Shown here: piece by piece, positions 1 to 9,776 of the stretch
Layout of the letters: each line of letters begins with the position of its first letter
Numbering within the stretch: the stretch's first letter is position 1
NCBI GenBank assembly: GCA_963779345.1
Contig: CAVZXY010000006.1
Span: forward strand, 114,057-178,056
Source of the DNA: an uncultured Alphaproteobacteria bacterium
GTDB taxonomy: Bacteria > Pseudomonadota > Alphaproteobacteria > Rhizobiales > Xanthobacteraceae
Reading direction: 5' to 3'
DNA: 64,000 nt
The notes under the pieces: model-generated
The model's input: only the letters and a program-made list of their open reading frames with translations
Database searches by the model: none
What the model was told of the DNA's origin: nothing
Made by a program: the position numbers and the translations under genes

Positions 1-123
1 GACCGTGGCGAACACCGCCTTTTCGTCGGCCACCGCTTTCGGCGCGACGGTGAATGTCTGCTGGGCAAAGGCTGCTTGCATTGATAGCGCAAGCGCTGCC
101 GCAATCAGGATACCGCTACGCAT
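1..123 (-). CDS. Probable RND efflux periplasmic adaptor subunit, N-terminal part (truncated by window edge)
   Basis: ATG at 123 reads MRSGILIAAALALSMQAAFAQQTFTVAPKAVADEKAVFATV: signal peptide plus an MFP-like start; directly downstream of the ArsR gene. Confidence 0.6.
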   Translation of the reverse strand, partial: MRSGILIAAALALSMQAAFAQQTFTVAPKAVADEKAVFATV

Positions 124-129
124 TGTTCT

Positions 130-549
130 TTACCTCAGCATGCCACGCAGACGCCGATCGTGCCGTCGGCACCGAACGCGGTCATTGATGTGACGCAAGT
201 TCCCGGCGGCGCGGCGTCTTGCCGCGCCGGGCGGCCCCGGCGCGCAAGCCGGCGCGCAGTAGACGCGATAGAGCGTGCGCACGAGTTCGCGCGCCTGCGG
301 GCTGCCGATCGAATACCAGATGGTCTGCCCGTCACGCCGCGCCGTCACCAGCCCGTCCCGACGCAGCAGCGCGAGATGCTGCGACACCGTCGAATCGCGG
401 ATTTTTAAGAGTTCCGCCAGTTCGCCGACCGAGCGCTCCTGCTCGGTCAACTGGCAGACGATGATCAGCCGGTGGCGGTTGGAAAGGGCCTTGAGCAGCG
501 CGCTCGCCTCGTCCGCCGCCGACAACATTTCCTTGACCTGTATTTTCAT
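130..549 (-). CDS. ArsR/SmtB regulator, BigR/SqrR (persulfide-sensing) type
   Basis: LKALSNRHRLIIVCQL...SVSQHLALLR wHTH; Cys pair in IIVCQL and YRVYC as in BigR/SqrR; likely start MKIQVK at 549. Confidence 0.85.
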   Translation of the reverse strand: MKIQVKEMLSAADEASALLKALSNRHRLIIVCQLTEQERSVGELAELLKIRDSTVSQHLALLRRDGLVTARRDGQTIWYSIGSPQARELVRTLYRVYCAPACAPGPPGAARRRAAGNLRHINDRVRCRRHDRRLRGMLR

Positions 550-556
550 ACTTGCG

Positions 557-578
557 TATATACGAATAGTCGAATATA
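557..578. promoter_or_regulatory. Putative BigR/SqrR operator
   Basis: Inverted repeat TATATACG-N6-CGAATATA, containing ATAC-N8-GAAT (SqrR consensus ATTC-N8-GAAT), between the divergent ArsR and DUF2892 genes. Confidence 0.65.
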
Positions 579-647
579 TAGTCAAGAGCGCCGCATCGGG
601 GCCAGGCGGCCGAACGTCAACCGGCCCTTTGATTAGGAGTTACGCCC

Positions 648-869
648 GTGAACGTTGATCGCGCCGTCTTCGCAATGGCCGGCACTATGGTGCTGGCGAG
701 CCTCGTTTTGGGCTGGCTGGTCAGCCCCTATTGGCTGCTGCTCGCGGCTTTTGTCGGAGCCAACATGCTGCAAGCCGCATTCACCGGCTTCTGTCCGGCC
801 GCCATGATCTTCAACAAGCTCGGGCTCAAGCCGGGCGCCGCATTTTCCTGCGGCGTGCCCGCGCGCTGA
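648..869 (+). CDS. DUF2892 / YgaP-like membrane protein
   Basis: Two TM helices with FVGANMLQAAFTGFCP motif; RBS AGGAG. Confidence 0.85.
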   Translation: MNVDRAVFAMAGTMVLASLVLGWLVSPYWLLLAAFVGANMLQAAFTGFCPAAMIFNKLGLKPGAAFSCGVPAR

Positions 870-933
870 ACGAAATGCCCGCGCGGTCACCGCGCGGGCA
901 TCGTAAGGCTTCTCGCTTCAGCCGAGAAAGCGC

Positions 934-1533
934 TCAGCTTTTGTCCCGGCTGTAAGTGCCGGTGTGACGGTTGATGATGAAGCGCTCGACCAGGGAATTG
1001 TCCTTGGTAACGACGTCGGCGGTAATAGTGTCGGCGTCCTTCTCCTTCACCTCGCCGACCTTCAGCCGCTCATTGCCGCGCCAGGTGAGCCAGCGTTCCA
1101 TGCGGGCTTTCACTTCGTCGGTGGTGAGATTGAGGTTCTGGTCGGCGTTCTGATTGGCGTTCTGATCGCCTTGCGCCGCGGGACCGCGGCCGTAGCCAGG
1201 GCCGTAACCCCGCATCATGCCGGGGCCGTAACCGCCGCCCCAACCGCGCATGTGGTAACCCGGGCCGTAGCCTTGTCCGGGGCCTTGCGCGCCGGCCGGA
1301 CCGGATTGATCGTTTTGCGCGAAGGCCGGACAGTTCCACGGTCCCGCTCCGGGCCCGGGTCCTTGTCCGCCGCCCCAGCCGCGCATGTGATAGCCGGGGC
1401 CATAGCCGCCGCCCATCATCCAGCCCGGGCCGTAGCCGGGGCCGCCTTGCGCGACCGCATTGTAGCTGTAGGCGCCAACGCCGGCCGCAAGCGCTACCGC
1501 AAGTCCAGCGCCGATCAGTGTTCGTATTCGCAT
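934..1533 (-). CDS. Secreted Gly/Tyr/Met-rich (GYGPG repeat) protein with C-terminal PepSY-like domain
   Basis: Signal peptide; GYGPGYHMRGWGGG twice; C-terminal LTTDEVKARMERWL...IINRHTG. Confidence 0.75.
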   Translation of the reverse strand: MRIRTLIGAGLAVALAAGVGAYSYNAVAQGGPGYGPGWMMGGGYGPGYHMRGWGGGQGPGPGAGPWNCPAFAQNDQSGPAGAQGPGQGYGPGYHMRGWGGGYGPGMMRGYGPGYGRGPAAQGDQNANQNADQNLNLTTDEVKARMERWLTWRGNERLKVGEVKEKDADTITADVVTKDNSLVERFIINRHTGTYSRDKS

Positions 1534-1600
1534 CGCATGTCTCCTTTGTGTGTCGATTTGTGTGTAGTCGAATTGAAATTCGTTGCGGGGGCCGGCGCGC

Positions 1601-1945
1601 TTACCAGCCCATCATCCCGCGTCCATAACCGGAGCCCATCATGCCGGGGCCGTAACCGCCGCCCCATCCGCGCATGTGGTAGCCGGGGCCGTAGCCCTGT
1701 CCTTGGTCGTTGTCGCGATCATAGGCGTAGGCGCGCATGTGACCGTAGCCGGGGCCATAGCCACGCATCGGGCCGTAGCCTTGGCCGTTATTCGGCCCAT
1801 AGCCTGGGCCGTAACCGTCCATCATGCCCGGGCCGTAGCCGTAGCCAGGGCCGCTCTGCGCCGAGGCGGTAACGCTGTACGTCCCGAGCGCGGCAGCAAG
1901 CGCAGCCGCGACGCCGAGACCAATTAAGATTTTTCGCGTTTTCAT
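1601..1945 (-). CDS. Secreted GYGPG-repeat low-complexity protein, paralog of 934-1533
   Basis: Start MKTRKIL with RBS AGGAG; signal peptide; shares GYGPGYHMRGWGGGYGPGMM. Confidence 0.75.
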   Translation of the reverse strand: MKTRKILIGLGVAAALAAALGTYSVTASAQSGPGYGYGPGMMDGYGPGYGPNNGQGYGPMRGYGPGYGHMRAYAYDRDNDQGQGYGPGYHMRGWGGGYGPGMMGSGYGRGMMGW

Positions 1946-2125
1946 GGGATCGCTCCTATTGCTCGAATCTCGTCGTCGCCCATTGACGCCATTAGGAGTC
2001 CGACCTGTCACTCAAGTTTGTCGGCGAGCCGCGAATGTGTGACCAAGTGTGTCACCGCGCTTGTCCGCAAGACTTCGTTACAAGTTTTTTGCCCTAATCC
2101 GCCCCCTCCGAATTAGATTGCGCGC

Positions 2126-2845
2126 ATGAGTGACGGGCCGCACATCCTGATCGTCGACGACCATCGCGAGATGCGCGACCTGGTGTCGCGCGCGCTCGCC
2201 AAGGAAGGCTTTCGCATCTCGACCGCGCTCGACGGCAAGGCGATGCGCAAGGTGCTGGCCGACGCCAACATCGATCTCATCTTGCTCGACCTGATGCTAC
2301 CGGGCGAGGACGGCCTCTCGCTCTGCCGCTCGCTGCGCGTCGAAAGCAATGTGCCGATCATCATGCTCACCGCCAAAGGCGACGAGGTCGACCGCGTCAT
2401 CGGCCTGGAGATGGGCGCCGACGATTATTTGCCCAAGCCCTTCGGCAGCCGCGAACTGGTGGCGCGCATACGCGCGGTGCTCCGCCGCAATCGCGCGCAC
2501 GAGCCCGCCGCCAATGAGGACAAGCCCAAGCGCTACAAGTTTGAGCGCTGGACCTTCGACGTCGACAAGCGCGAATTGCTTGGGCCGGACGGTGTCGCCG
2601 TGCCACTGAGCACCGGCGAATTCGATCTCTTGCTGGCGTTGGTCGAGCATCCGCAGCGCACCTTGAGCCGCGACCAGTTGCTCGATCTGGCGCGCCACCG
2701 CGCCGCCAACACTTTCGACCGCAGCATGGACACGCAAGTGAGCCGGCTGCGCAAGAAAGTCGAACGCGACCCGGCCGAGCCGGTCATCATCAAGACGGTG
2801 TGGGGCGGCGGCTACATTTTCACTCCTGACGTGAGCCGGGAATGA
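2126..2845 (+). CDS. OmpR-family response regulator
   Basis: REC domain (DLILLDLMLPG) plus Trans_reg_C (IKTVWGGGY). Confidence 0.95.
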   Translation: MSDGPHILIVDDHREMRDLVSRALAKEGFRISTALDGKAMRKVLADANIDLILLDLMLPGEDGLSLCRSLRVESNVPIIMLTAKGDEVDRVIGLEMGADDYLPKPFGSRELVARIRAVLRRNRAHEPAANEDKPKRYKFERWTFDVDKRELLGPDGVAVPLSTGEFDLLLALVEHPQRTLSRDQLLDLARHRAANTFDRSMDTQVSRLRKKVERDPAEPVIIKTVWGGGYIFTPDVSRE

Positions 2846-4275
2846 GCCGCTTTTTCCCAAAAAGTTTGTTCGGGCAGACGCTGCTGATTCTGCTGGTCGG
2901 GCTCGTCATCTCGCATTCGGTCGGCGCCTGGATCTATACTGGCGCGCGCGAACAGGCAGTACGCGCGATCGGCGGCTTCGCCGCAGCACAACGCGTCGCC
3001 AATCTGTCGCGTCTCGTCGAGGACGCGCCAGCCGACTGGCGCCCGCGCATCGTTGCGACGCTCAGCGATCCGACATTCCGCGTCGCGCTCACGGCGCAGC
3101 CGCCGCAATTGCCGCCGAGTGACGCCGAAAGCGCCGCGCAGGCGGTCGAGGATTATGTGCGCCAGCAGCTTCCCGAAATGCCGAACCGGCAGGTGCGTGC
3201 GGCCGTCCTCGCCGACCGGCCGAGCGGTGCGCCGTTCGGGCCGCCGTTCGATCGCCGGCCGCCGCCTGGCATGATGGGCGGCCCCGGGATGATGCACGGC
3301 ATGATGGGACCGGGGTACGGCGGCTTCGGCCCCTTTGGCGGCTGGCGCGGCCTGCAAGTCGCCGTGCAGCTCAACGACGGCCAATGGCTATCGTTTGCCA
3401 CCGCGCTGCCGCAGGGCGCGCCCTCGGTCTCGTGGCAATTCATTATCTCGATGGCGCTGATGGGCGTGATCGTGCTCGCCGTCTCGGTCTGGGCGGTGCG
3501 CCGCGTCACCGCGCCGCTCGGCATGCTGGCCGGCGCCGCCGACCGGCTCGGCCGCGACGTTGCGGCCGAGCCCTTGGCCGAAACCGGCACCGTCGAGATG
3601 CAGCGCGCGGCGCGCGCCTTCAATCGTATGCAGGAGCGGCTGCGCCGGCTGATCGAGAGCCGCACCCAAATGCTGGCGGCGTTGTCGCACGACCTGCGCA
3701 CGCCTTTGACGCTGCTGCGGCTGCGCACCGAGGAAGTCGCCGACGCCGGCGAACGCGACAAGATGCTGGCGACCATCGACGAGATGGACGAGATGATCGG
3801 CTCGACGCTGGCCTTCGCCCGCGATGAGGTACACGCCGAGCCGCGTCGGAAGGTCGATATCGCCGCGCTACTCGAAAGCATCGTCGACGACATGGCGGAC
3901 GCCGGCATGCCGGTGACCATGACGCCGTCAACGCCGCTGATCCATGACTGCCAGCCGGGCGCATTGAAGCGCGCGCTCACCAACCTGCTCGACAATGCGG
4001 TGAAGTACGGCAAATGCGCCCGCACCGCGATTGCCGGCGCGGGCAACGGCGTCGAGATCACCATCGACGACGATGGGCCGGGCATTCCCGAGGCGGAGCT
4101 TGCCAAGGTGTTTCAGCCGTTCTACCGGGTCGAGGATTCGCGCAGCCGCGACACCGGCGGCACCGGCTTAGGTCTCGCCATTGCGCTAGCCATCGTGAAG
4201 GCGCAAGGCGGGGAGCTGACGCTTTCCAACCACCCCGGCGGCGGGTTGCGCGCCGCGATCAAACTGCCCGTCTAG
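2842..4275 (+). CDS. Sensor histidine kinase (2 TM, HAMP, HisKA, HATPase)
   Basis: LSHDLRTPL H-box, NLLDNAVKY N-box, GTGLGLAI G2-box; ATGA overlap with the regulator. Confidence 0.95.
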   Translation: MSRFFPKSLFGQTLLILLVGLVISHSVGAWIYTGAREQAVRAIGGFAAAQRVANLSRLVEDAPADWRPRIVATLSDPTFRVALTAQPPQLPPSDAESAAQAVEDYVRQQLPEMPNRQVRAAVLADRPSGAPFGPPFDRRPPPGMMGGPGMMHGMMGPGYGGFGPFGGWRGLQVAVQLNDGQWLSFATALPQGAPSVSWQFIISMALMGVIVLAVSVWAVRRVTAPLGMLAGAADRLGRDVAAEPLAETGTVEMQRAARAFNRMQERLRRLIESRTQMLAALSHDLRTPLTLLRLRTEEVADAGERDKMLATIDEMDEMIGSTLAFARDEVHAEPRRKVDIAALLESIVDDMADAGMPVTMTPSTPLIHDCQPGALKRALTNLLDNAVKYGKCARTAIAGAGNGVEITIDDDGPGIPEAELAKVFQPFYRVEDSRSRDTGGTGLGLAIALAIVKAQGGELTLSNHPGGGLRAAIKLPV

Positions 4276-4355
4276 GTGACTTCCGCGCCGGCGCGAAATC
4301 GCGCTATATCGGGCGCGGCCCGCCGTGGGCTATTCGTCACGTAGCCGGAAATCTA

Positions 4356-6707
4356 ATGAATAAACCGGAGACCGGCTTTCGCTTCATCGGCCGGCCCATG
4401 CCGCGCCACGAAGATGCGCGGCTCATAACCGGGCAAGGCCGCTTCACCGACGATTTCAGTTTTCCCGGGCAGACTTTTGCGGCCATGGTGCGCTCGCCGC
4501 ACGCGCACGCGCGCATCGTTTCAATCGACAAGGCGCCGGCCCTAAAAATGCCCGGCGTGCTCGGCGTCTTCACCAGCGCCGATTGCGCCGCCGACGGCCT
4601 CGGCCCGATCGGCCACGATCCGCTGCCGAAGACTCGCGACGACATGAAGCTCTCAGCGCCCGGCGGCGGCGAGGTCTTCATCGGCCCGCATCTGCTGCTG
4701 CCGGCCGACAAGGCGCGCCACGTCGGCGAAGCGATCGCCATGGTGGTCGCGGAAACTAAAGCACAGGCGCTCGATGCCGCCGAAGCGCTCGCAGTCGTCT
4801 ACGAAGAACTGCCCTTCGTGCTGCATTCCGAAGACGGCATGAAACCTGGTGCGCCGGCGGTCTGGGACGAAGTACCGAACAACATCCTGGTCGACACGTA
4901 TTTCGGCAATGCTGCGGCGACCGACCGCGCCTTCGAACAAGCCACGCATGTCGTCGCCCACGATTTCAACATCGGCCGTGTCACCGGCGTGCCGATGGAG
5001 CCGCGCGCCTGCGTCGCCAATTACGACGCCGCAAGCGGCCGCTACACGCTGCATGCCGGCAGCGGCGGCGCGGTACGGCAGAAGCGCGAGCTCGCCACGC
5101 TGCTCGGCATCGAACCCGACACCTTGCGCGTGCTGTCGTTCGATGTCGGCGGCAATTTCGGCACGCGCAACCGCGTCTATCCGGAATACGGACTGATCCT
5201 GTGGGCCTCGCGCAAGCTCGGCCGCGCGGTCAAATATCTTGCCACGCGCACTGAGTGCTTCATCAGCGACTACCAGGGCCGCGATCTCGTCAGCAAGCTC
5301 GAGCTGGCGCTCGACGCCAAGGGCCGCTTTCTGGCGCTGCGCGCGACCAACATCAGCAATGCCGGCGCGCGCTGCGTGTCGCTGTCGCCGCTGTCCAAGG
5401 GCGCCGGCCTGATTACCGGCAACTATGCCATCGCCGCCGCCTCGCTGCGCGCCATCTCGGTGTTCACCAACACCATCCCGACGCAGGCCTACCGCAGCTC
5501 CGGCCGCCCCGAGGTGACCTTCGCCATCGAGCGGCTGATCGACATGGCGGCGACAAAGCTCGGCATCGACCGCATCAGCCTCCGCCGCCGCAATCTGGTG
5601 CGGCCGAAATCCATGCCTTACCGCAACGCCGTCGGCATGACCTACGACAGCGGCACCTACGAGAACAACATGGACCTTGCCATGCGCGTCGCCGACTGGG
5701 ATGGCTTTGCCGCGCGCAAACGCGAGGCCAAGAAGCGCGGCAAACTGTTGGGGCTCGGCCTTGCCAATTACGTCGAATCCTCGATCGGCGCGCCGAAGGA
5801 GCAGGCGCGTGTCTCCGTCAGGCCGACCAACGTCGACGTCGTCATCGGCACCCAGCCGGCCGGGCAAGGCCATGAGACCAGTTTCGCCCAGGTGATGTCG
5901 GACCTGCTGCAGGTGCCGGTCGAGAGCGTGCGCATCATCATGGGCGACACCGACGTGGTACGCGCTGGCGGCGGCACGCATTCGGGGCGCTCCATGCGCC
6001 ACGCCGCGACGGTGTTTTCCATGGCCGCGACGACGCTGATCGCCAACGGCAAGCGCATCGCCGCGCATCTGCTCGATGCCGGCGAGGCCGACTTCAACGA
6101 CGGCCGCTTCACCGCGCGCGGCACCAACCGCAGCTTCGACTTCTTCGAACTGGCGCAGGAGATGGAGAAGCAACCCCTGCCCGACAATCTCGCCAAAGGT
6201 CTCGCCATCGTCACCGACAATGAGATGCACGACCCAGTATTCCCGAACGGCTGCGCGGTATGCGAAATCGAGATCGATCCTTCGACCGGCGGCCTCGCGC
6301 TCACGCGCTACACGTCCGTCGACGACGTCGGCCGCTGCATCAATCCGCTAATCGTGCACGGGCAGACGCACGGCGCCGTCGTGCAAGGCGTCGGCCAGGC
6401 GCTGTGGGAGCAATTCGTCGTCGACGATTTCGGCCAGCCGCTCACCGGCTCGCTGATGGACTACGGCATGCCACGCGCGCATCTCCTGCCCGCGATCAAG
6501 AGCGAAATCGTCGAGGTGCTGTCGCCGACCAATCCGCTCGGCATCAAAGCCGGCGGCGAAGGCGGCACCACGGGCGCACTGGCGGTAATCGTCTCAGCCA
6601 TCGTCGATGCGCTCAAGCCTTACGGCGTGCAACACGTCGATATGCCGGCGACGCCTTATCGCGTCTGGCAGGCAATCGAGAGCACCAAGGCGAAAAACGC
6701 CAGCTAA
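4356..6707 (+). CDS. Xanthine dehydrogenase/CoxL-like molybdopterin-binding subunit
   Basis: RSPHAHARI, VGGNFG, QAYRSSGRPE, GQGHETSFAQ and KAGGEGG motifs; likely start MNKPET at 4356. Confidence 0.9.
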   Translation: MNKPETGFRFIGRPMPRHEDARLITGQGRFTDDFSFPGQTFAAMVRSPHAHARIVSIDKAPALKMPGVLGVFTSADCAADGLGPIGHDPLPKTRDDMKLSAPGGGEVFIGPHLLLPADKARHVGEAIAMVVAETKAQALDAAEALAVVYEELPFVLHSEDGMKPGAPAVWDEVPNNILVDTYFGNAAATDRAFEQATHVVAHDFNIGRVTGVPMEPRACVANYDAASGRYTLHAGSGGAVRQKRELATLLGIEPDTLRVLSFDVGGNFGTRNRVYPEYGLILWASRKLGRAVKYLATRTECFISDYQGRDLVSKLELALDAKGRFLALRATNISNAGARCVSLSPLSKGAGLITGNYAIAAASLRAISVFTNTIPTQAYRSSGRPEVTFAIERLIDMAATKLGIDRISLRRRNLVRPKSMPYRNAVGMTYDSGTYENNMDLAMRVADWDGFAARKREAKKRGKLLGLGLANYVESSIGAPKEQARVSVRPTNVDVVIGTQPAGQGHETSFAQVMSDLLQVPVESVRIIMGDTDVVRAGGGTHSGRSMRHAATVFSMAATTLIANGKRIAAHLLDAGEADFNDGRFTARGTNRSFDFFELAQEMEKQPLPDNLAKGLAIVTDNEMHDPVFPNGCAVCEIEIDPSTGGLALTRYTSVDDVGRCINPLIVHGQTHGAVVQGVGQALWEQFVVDDFGQPLTGSLMDYGMPRAHLLPAIKSEIVEVLSPTNPLGIKAGGEGGTTGALAVIVSAIVDALKPYGVQHVDMPATPYRVWQAIESTKAKNAS

Positions 6708-7019
6708 ATCTGCCAATTTGCTATATATTTCATCCAGATAAGTCAGGTTTTCAATTCATCAACCATCTTATTTTTCGCATTGTTAAACTGTGGAAAGCAC
6801 ACTTTCAACCGGTAACGCCGGAAGAATGCCGGCGGCTATTGGAAGACCAGGAGGGAACCAGTGGGCATTTCTTCGCACTTTTCATCGACAAATCTGCGGC
6901 GCCGCGACCCGTTGTGGTCTGTTCGCGGCAGGCATTGAAACATCCGACATCGAGGATTTTACCGGCACACCAAGATCGCGTGGCGTTAGGTCAGGAAGAC
7001 CGCGCTTGAGGGATTGGGC

Positions 7020-8132
7020 ATGAATCAGCTCTCGATTTTTGTCGATGGCAAGACTGGGACCGAAGCGATCCAACGCCAACTGGCGGGCGTCTTCGACTTG
7101 CGCTTCCGTTCGCTCGAGCAAATTCACGAGATGACGCCGGAGCCGTATCTTGTCTTCGACATCGATATGCATGATGGCCGCCATCTGCTGGAAACCAAAG
7201 AGTGGCTCAAGCGAAAGCCAAAGGACAGCAAGGTCGTCTTCGTCATCGACGAAACCTCGCACAGCGAGAAAATACAAGCTCGCGCGCTGGGCGCGACGGA
7301 CGTCATCCATCGGCCGATCGACGGCAGGGCCCTGCTGAAACTCCTATGGGGTGACTTTGACTCGCTTGCCTTCGATACGGCGGACCCCCCGCTCAAAAGC
7401 GACCCAGCCGTCGCGCCCGCGTTCGATGCCCTGGAAAACGTCTTCTCCTCGGCATGCCTGGGCGCGCCGCTCGATATTCAAAAGGTCCATTCAGCCGGCA
7501 AAGTGCTTGTCGACTGCATCGAGTCGCAGGGCCTCGGCTCATGGATCAGCACCGTCCGCAGGCATCACAGCCTCACTTATCAGCATTCACTTGTGGTAAC
7601 GGGCGTCGCCGTAGCGTTCGGCCACCATCTCGGCTTTTCCAAAAAGGACTGCCAGCGATTGTCATTTGCCGGAATGCTGCATGACATTGGCAAGGCGCGT
7701 ATTCCGATTTCGATCCTGGAAAAGCCTGGTCCGCTCGATAAGGACGAATTGATCGTCATGCGCAAACATCCCGAATACGGTCTCGATGCGCTCAAATCGG
7801 TGCCGGACATTGACCAGGACATGGTCGACATGGTGCTTCATCACCACGAGCTTCTCGACGGAATGGGTTATCCGCACGGCCTGAAAGCCGGCAAGATTTC
7901 CGATCTCGTCCGCATCATGACCATTTCGGATATTTTCGGCGCGCTGATTGAACGGCGCTCGTACAAAAAGCCGATGTCCGGCAAGGACGCATATCAGATC
8001 CTGCTCGATATGGGACCCAAGCTCGACAAGGAGCTGGTGCGCGAGTTCCGTTTCGCTTCGGGGCTGGTGGTCGCCGCCCCGAGCCTCGTGCCCGACGCCG
8101 CGCCAGCAGACCAATCCGTGCGGACGAATTAG
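7020..8132 (+). CDS. HD-GYP cyclic di-nucleotide phosphodiesterase with degenerate REC-like N-terminus
   Basis: LHDIGK, HHHELLDGMGYPHG and SDIFGAL motifs. Confidence 0.88.
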   Translation: MNQLSIFVDGKTGTEAIQRQLAGVFDLRFRSLEQIHEMTPEPYLVFDIDMHDGRHLLETKEWLKRKPKDSKVVFVIDETSHSEKIQARALGATDVIHRPIDGRALLKLLWGDFDSLAFDTADPPLKSDPAVAPAFDALENVFSSACLGAPLDIQKVHSAGKVLVDCIESQGLGSWISTVRRHHSLTYQHSLVVTGVAVAFGHHLGFSKKDCQRLSFAGMLHDIGKARIPISILEKPGPLDKDELIVMRKHPEYGLDALKSVPDIDQDMVDMVLHHHELLDGMGYPHGLKAGKISDLVRIMTISDIFGALIERRSYKKPMSGKDAYQILLDMGPKLDKELVREFRFASGLVVAAPSLVPDAAPADQSVRTN

Positions 8133-8285
8133 CGGCCGGACGCCCACGGCCACGCGGCCATCTGCCGCCGCATCAATTTTTTGCCTTAGCAATTACTAAA
8201 CGAAGCTGCCTTATCCTGTTAATTGGCATTAACCATCCGGCCGACATGCCAATCCCTGGCCAACCAGAACGGTGTTCCAAGGAAC

Positions 8286-9386
8286 ATGGGCGCTCACCTC
8301 GCTTTCATACACGAGATCGATAGCACAGTTGCGCAGAGTTCAAGCGAACGGCGCTCGACGATGCTGCGTCGCCTCACCGATTTTTTTCTGGTCAACGCGG
8401 ATCAATATTCCGACGATGAGATCGCCCTTATCGACGACGTTTTTGTCCGCCTCGTCGAGACAATCGAGGAATCCGCGCGCGCGCTGTTGGCGATCCGTCT
8501 CGCGCCGCTGTCCAAGGCTCCGCCCAAGATCCTCCACATCTTGGCGTCCGACAACGCGATCGAAGTTTCTTCCCCTATCCTGATCCAGTCCGAGCGGCTC
8601 GACGACGCGAGCTTGATCGATTGCGCCAAGACCAAGAGCCAGGAACATCTTCTGGCGATCTCGCTGCGACAAACGCTCGCCGAAGCTGTAACCGACGTTC
8701 TGGTCGAGCGCGGCGACCCGCAGGTCGTGCTGAGCACGGCAAAAAATCCGGGAGCAAAATTCTCCAACAACGGTTTCGCCGTTCTCGTCAAGCGCTCGGA
8801 CGGCGATGATCGGCTTGCTACATGCGTGGGCGCCCGGCCGGATATTCCCGGGCCGCTGTTCGAGCAACTGCTCGAGACTGCATCGGCAACAGTACGCGCC
8901 AAGCTAGAAACCGAGCGGCCCGCCGCCAGACAAGACATTCATCGCGTCGTCAGCGACGTGGCCGACCGAATTCGCACCGAAGCAGCCTTACAGACGCCGG
9001 AATATGCGGCGGCCCGGGTCCTCGCCACCTCGCTGAACCGAGCGGGGCAATTGAACGCCGCCAAGCTGGAAGCACTGGCCAAGGCCGACCGGTTTGAGGA
9101 GATCGTAAGCGCGCTGTCATTGATGTCGGACATGCCGACCGATTTTGTCGAACGTGCCATAAACGATGCGGATGCCGAATCTCTGTTGGTCCTGTGCAAA
9201 GCGGTCGGGCTTTCCTGGGAGACAACCAGAAACATTCTCACGCTGAACGGCAGAAAGCACCCGCGCTCGCCAGGTGAAATTGATCAGTGCTTGACGGCTT
9301 TCCTGCTTTTGAAGCAGCCGACCGCCACGCAGATTCTCGGCTTCCGACGGACGCGAGGGCCTTCCACAATTGCGCGAAAGATGTAG
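8286..9386 (+). CDS. DUF2336 domain protein
   Basis: LASDNAIEVSSPIL.QS..L and VTDVLVERGD motifs. Confidence 0.85.
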   Translation: MGAHLAFIHEIDSTVAQSSSERRSTMLRRLTDFFLVNADQYSDDEIALIDDVFVRLVETIEESARALLAIRLAPLSKAPPKILHILASDNAIEVSSPILIQSERLDDASLIDCAKTKSQEHLLAISLRQTLAEAVTDVLVERGDPQVVLSTAKNPGAKFSNNGFAVLVKRSDGDDRLATCVGARPDIPGPLFEQLLETASATVRAKLETERPAARQDIHRVVSDVADRIRTEAALQTPEYAAARVLATSLNRAGQLNAAKLEALAKADRFEEIVSALSLMSDMPTDFVERAINDADAESLLVLCKAVGLSWETTRNILTLNGRKHPRSPGEIDQCLTAFLLLKQPTATQILGFRRTRGPSTIARKM

Positions 9387-9530
9387 ACACCGCACATTCC
9401 TTAGCGCTGCCGCTTGCGGCTGCAAGGCACGGTTAAAATTGCGTATCTTCCTGCCCCCGGGAATTGCAGATCATTTTAAGCGCCTTGCAATGGGCTTTGC
9501 TTAAGGCTCAGGCGACAGAAAGACGCCCCT

Positions 9531-9776
9531 ATGGAAGAACGACGCAAGCTGGCGAGACACGCGGTGCTCAAGAGCGCCAAGATCATGTTCGGCAACCAAT
9601 CGTCGTTGGTCGATTGCATCGTATGCAACATCACGAGCGGCGGCGCGTGTCTTAATTTCGCGGCCGCAATGCCGGCTGCCGAATCGTTTGCCTTGAGTTT
9701 CGATAATTTCCGCTCCACCCGCGCTTGCCGCGTCATCTGGCGGCAAACCGACAGGCTCGGTGTCTGCTTCGGTTAG
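9531..9776 (+). CDS. Stand-alone PilZ domain protein
   Basis: ERRKLAR (RxxxR) and NITSGG (D/NxSxxG); ends GVCF. Confidence 0.85.
   Translation: MEERRKLARHAVLKSAKIMFGNQSSLVDCIVCNITSGGACLNFAAAMPAAESFALSFDNFRSTRACRVIWRQTDRLGVCFG

Noticed and set aside
1190-1860. Repeated GCCGTAGCC/GGGCCGTA units resembling a CRISPR or DNA repeat array
   Set aside because: They encode GYGPG peptide repeats; there is no constant repeat-spacer period and no cas genes
4014-4355. N-terminal extension of the 897-aa ORF (also the 21645-22301 extension)
   Set aside because: Overlaps the upstream gene; true starts are 4356 and 22302
4653-6230. Long antisense or alternate-frame ORFs (also 17097-18464, 26374-27867, 40562-41872)
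   Set aside because: Shadow ORFs typical of high-GC DNA, overlapping well-supported genes
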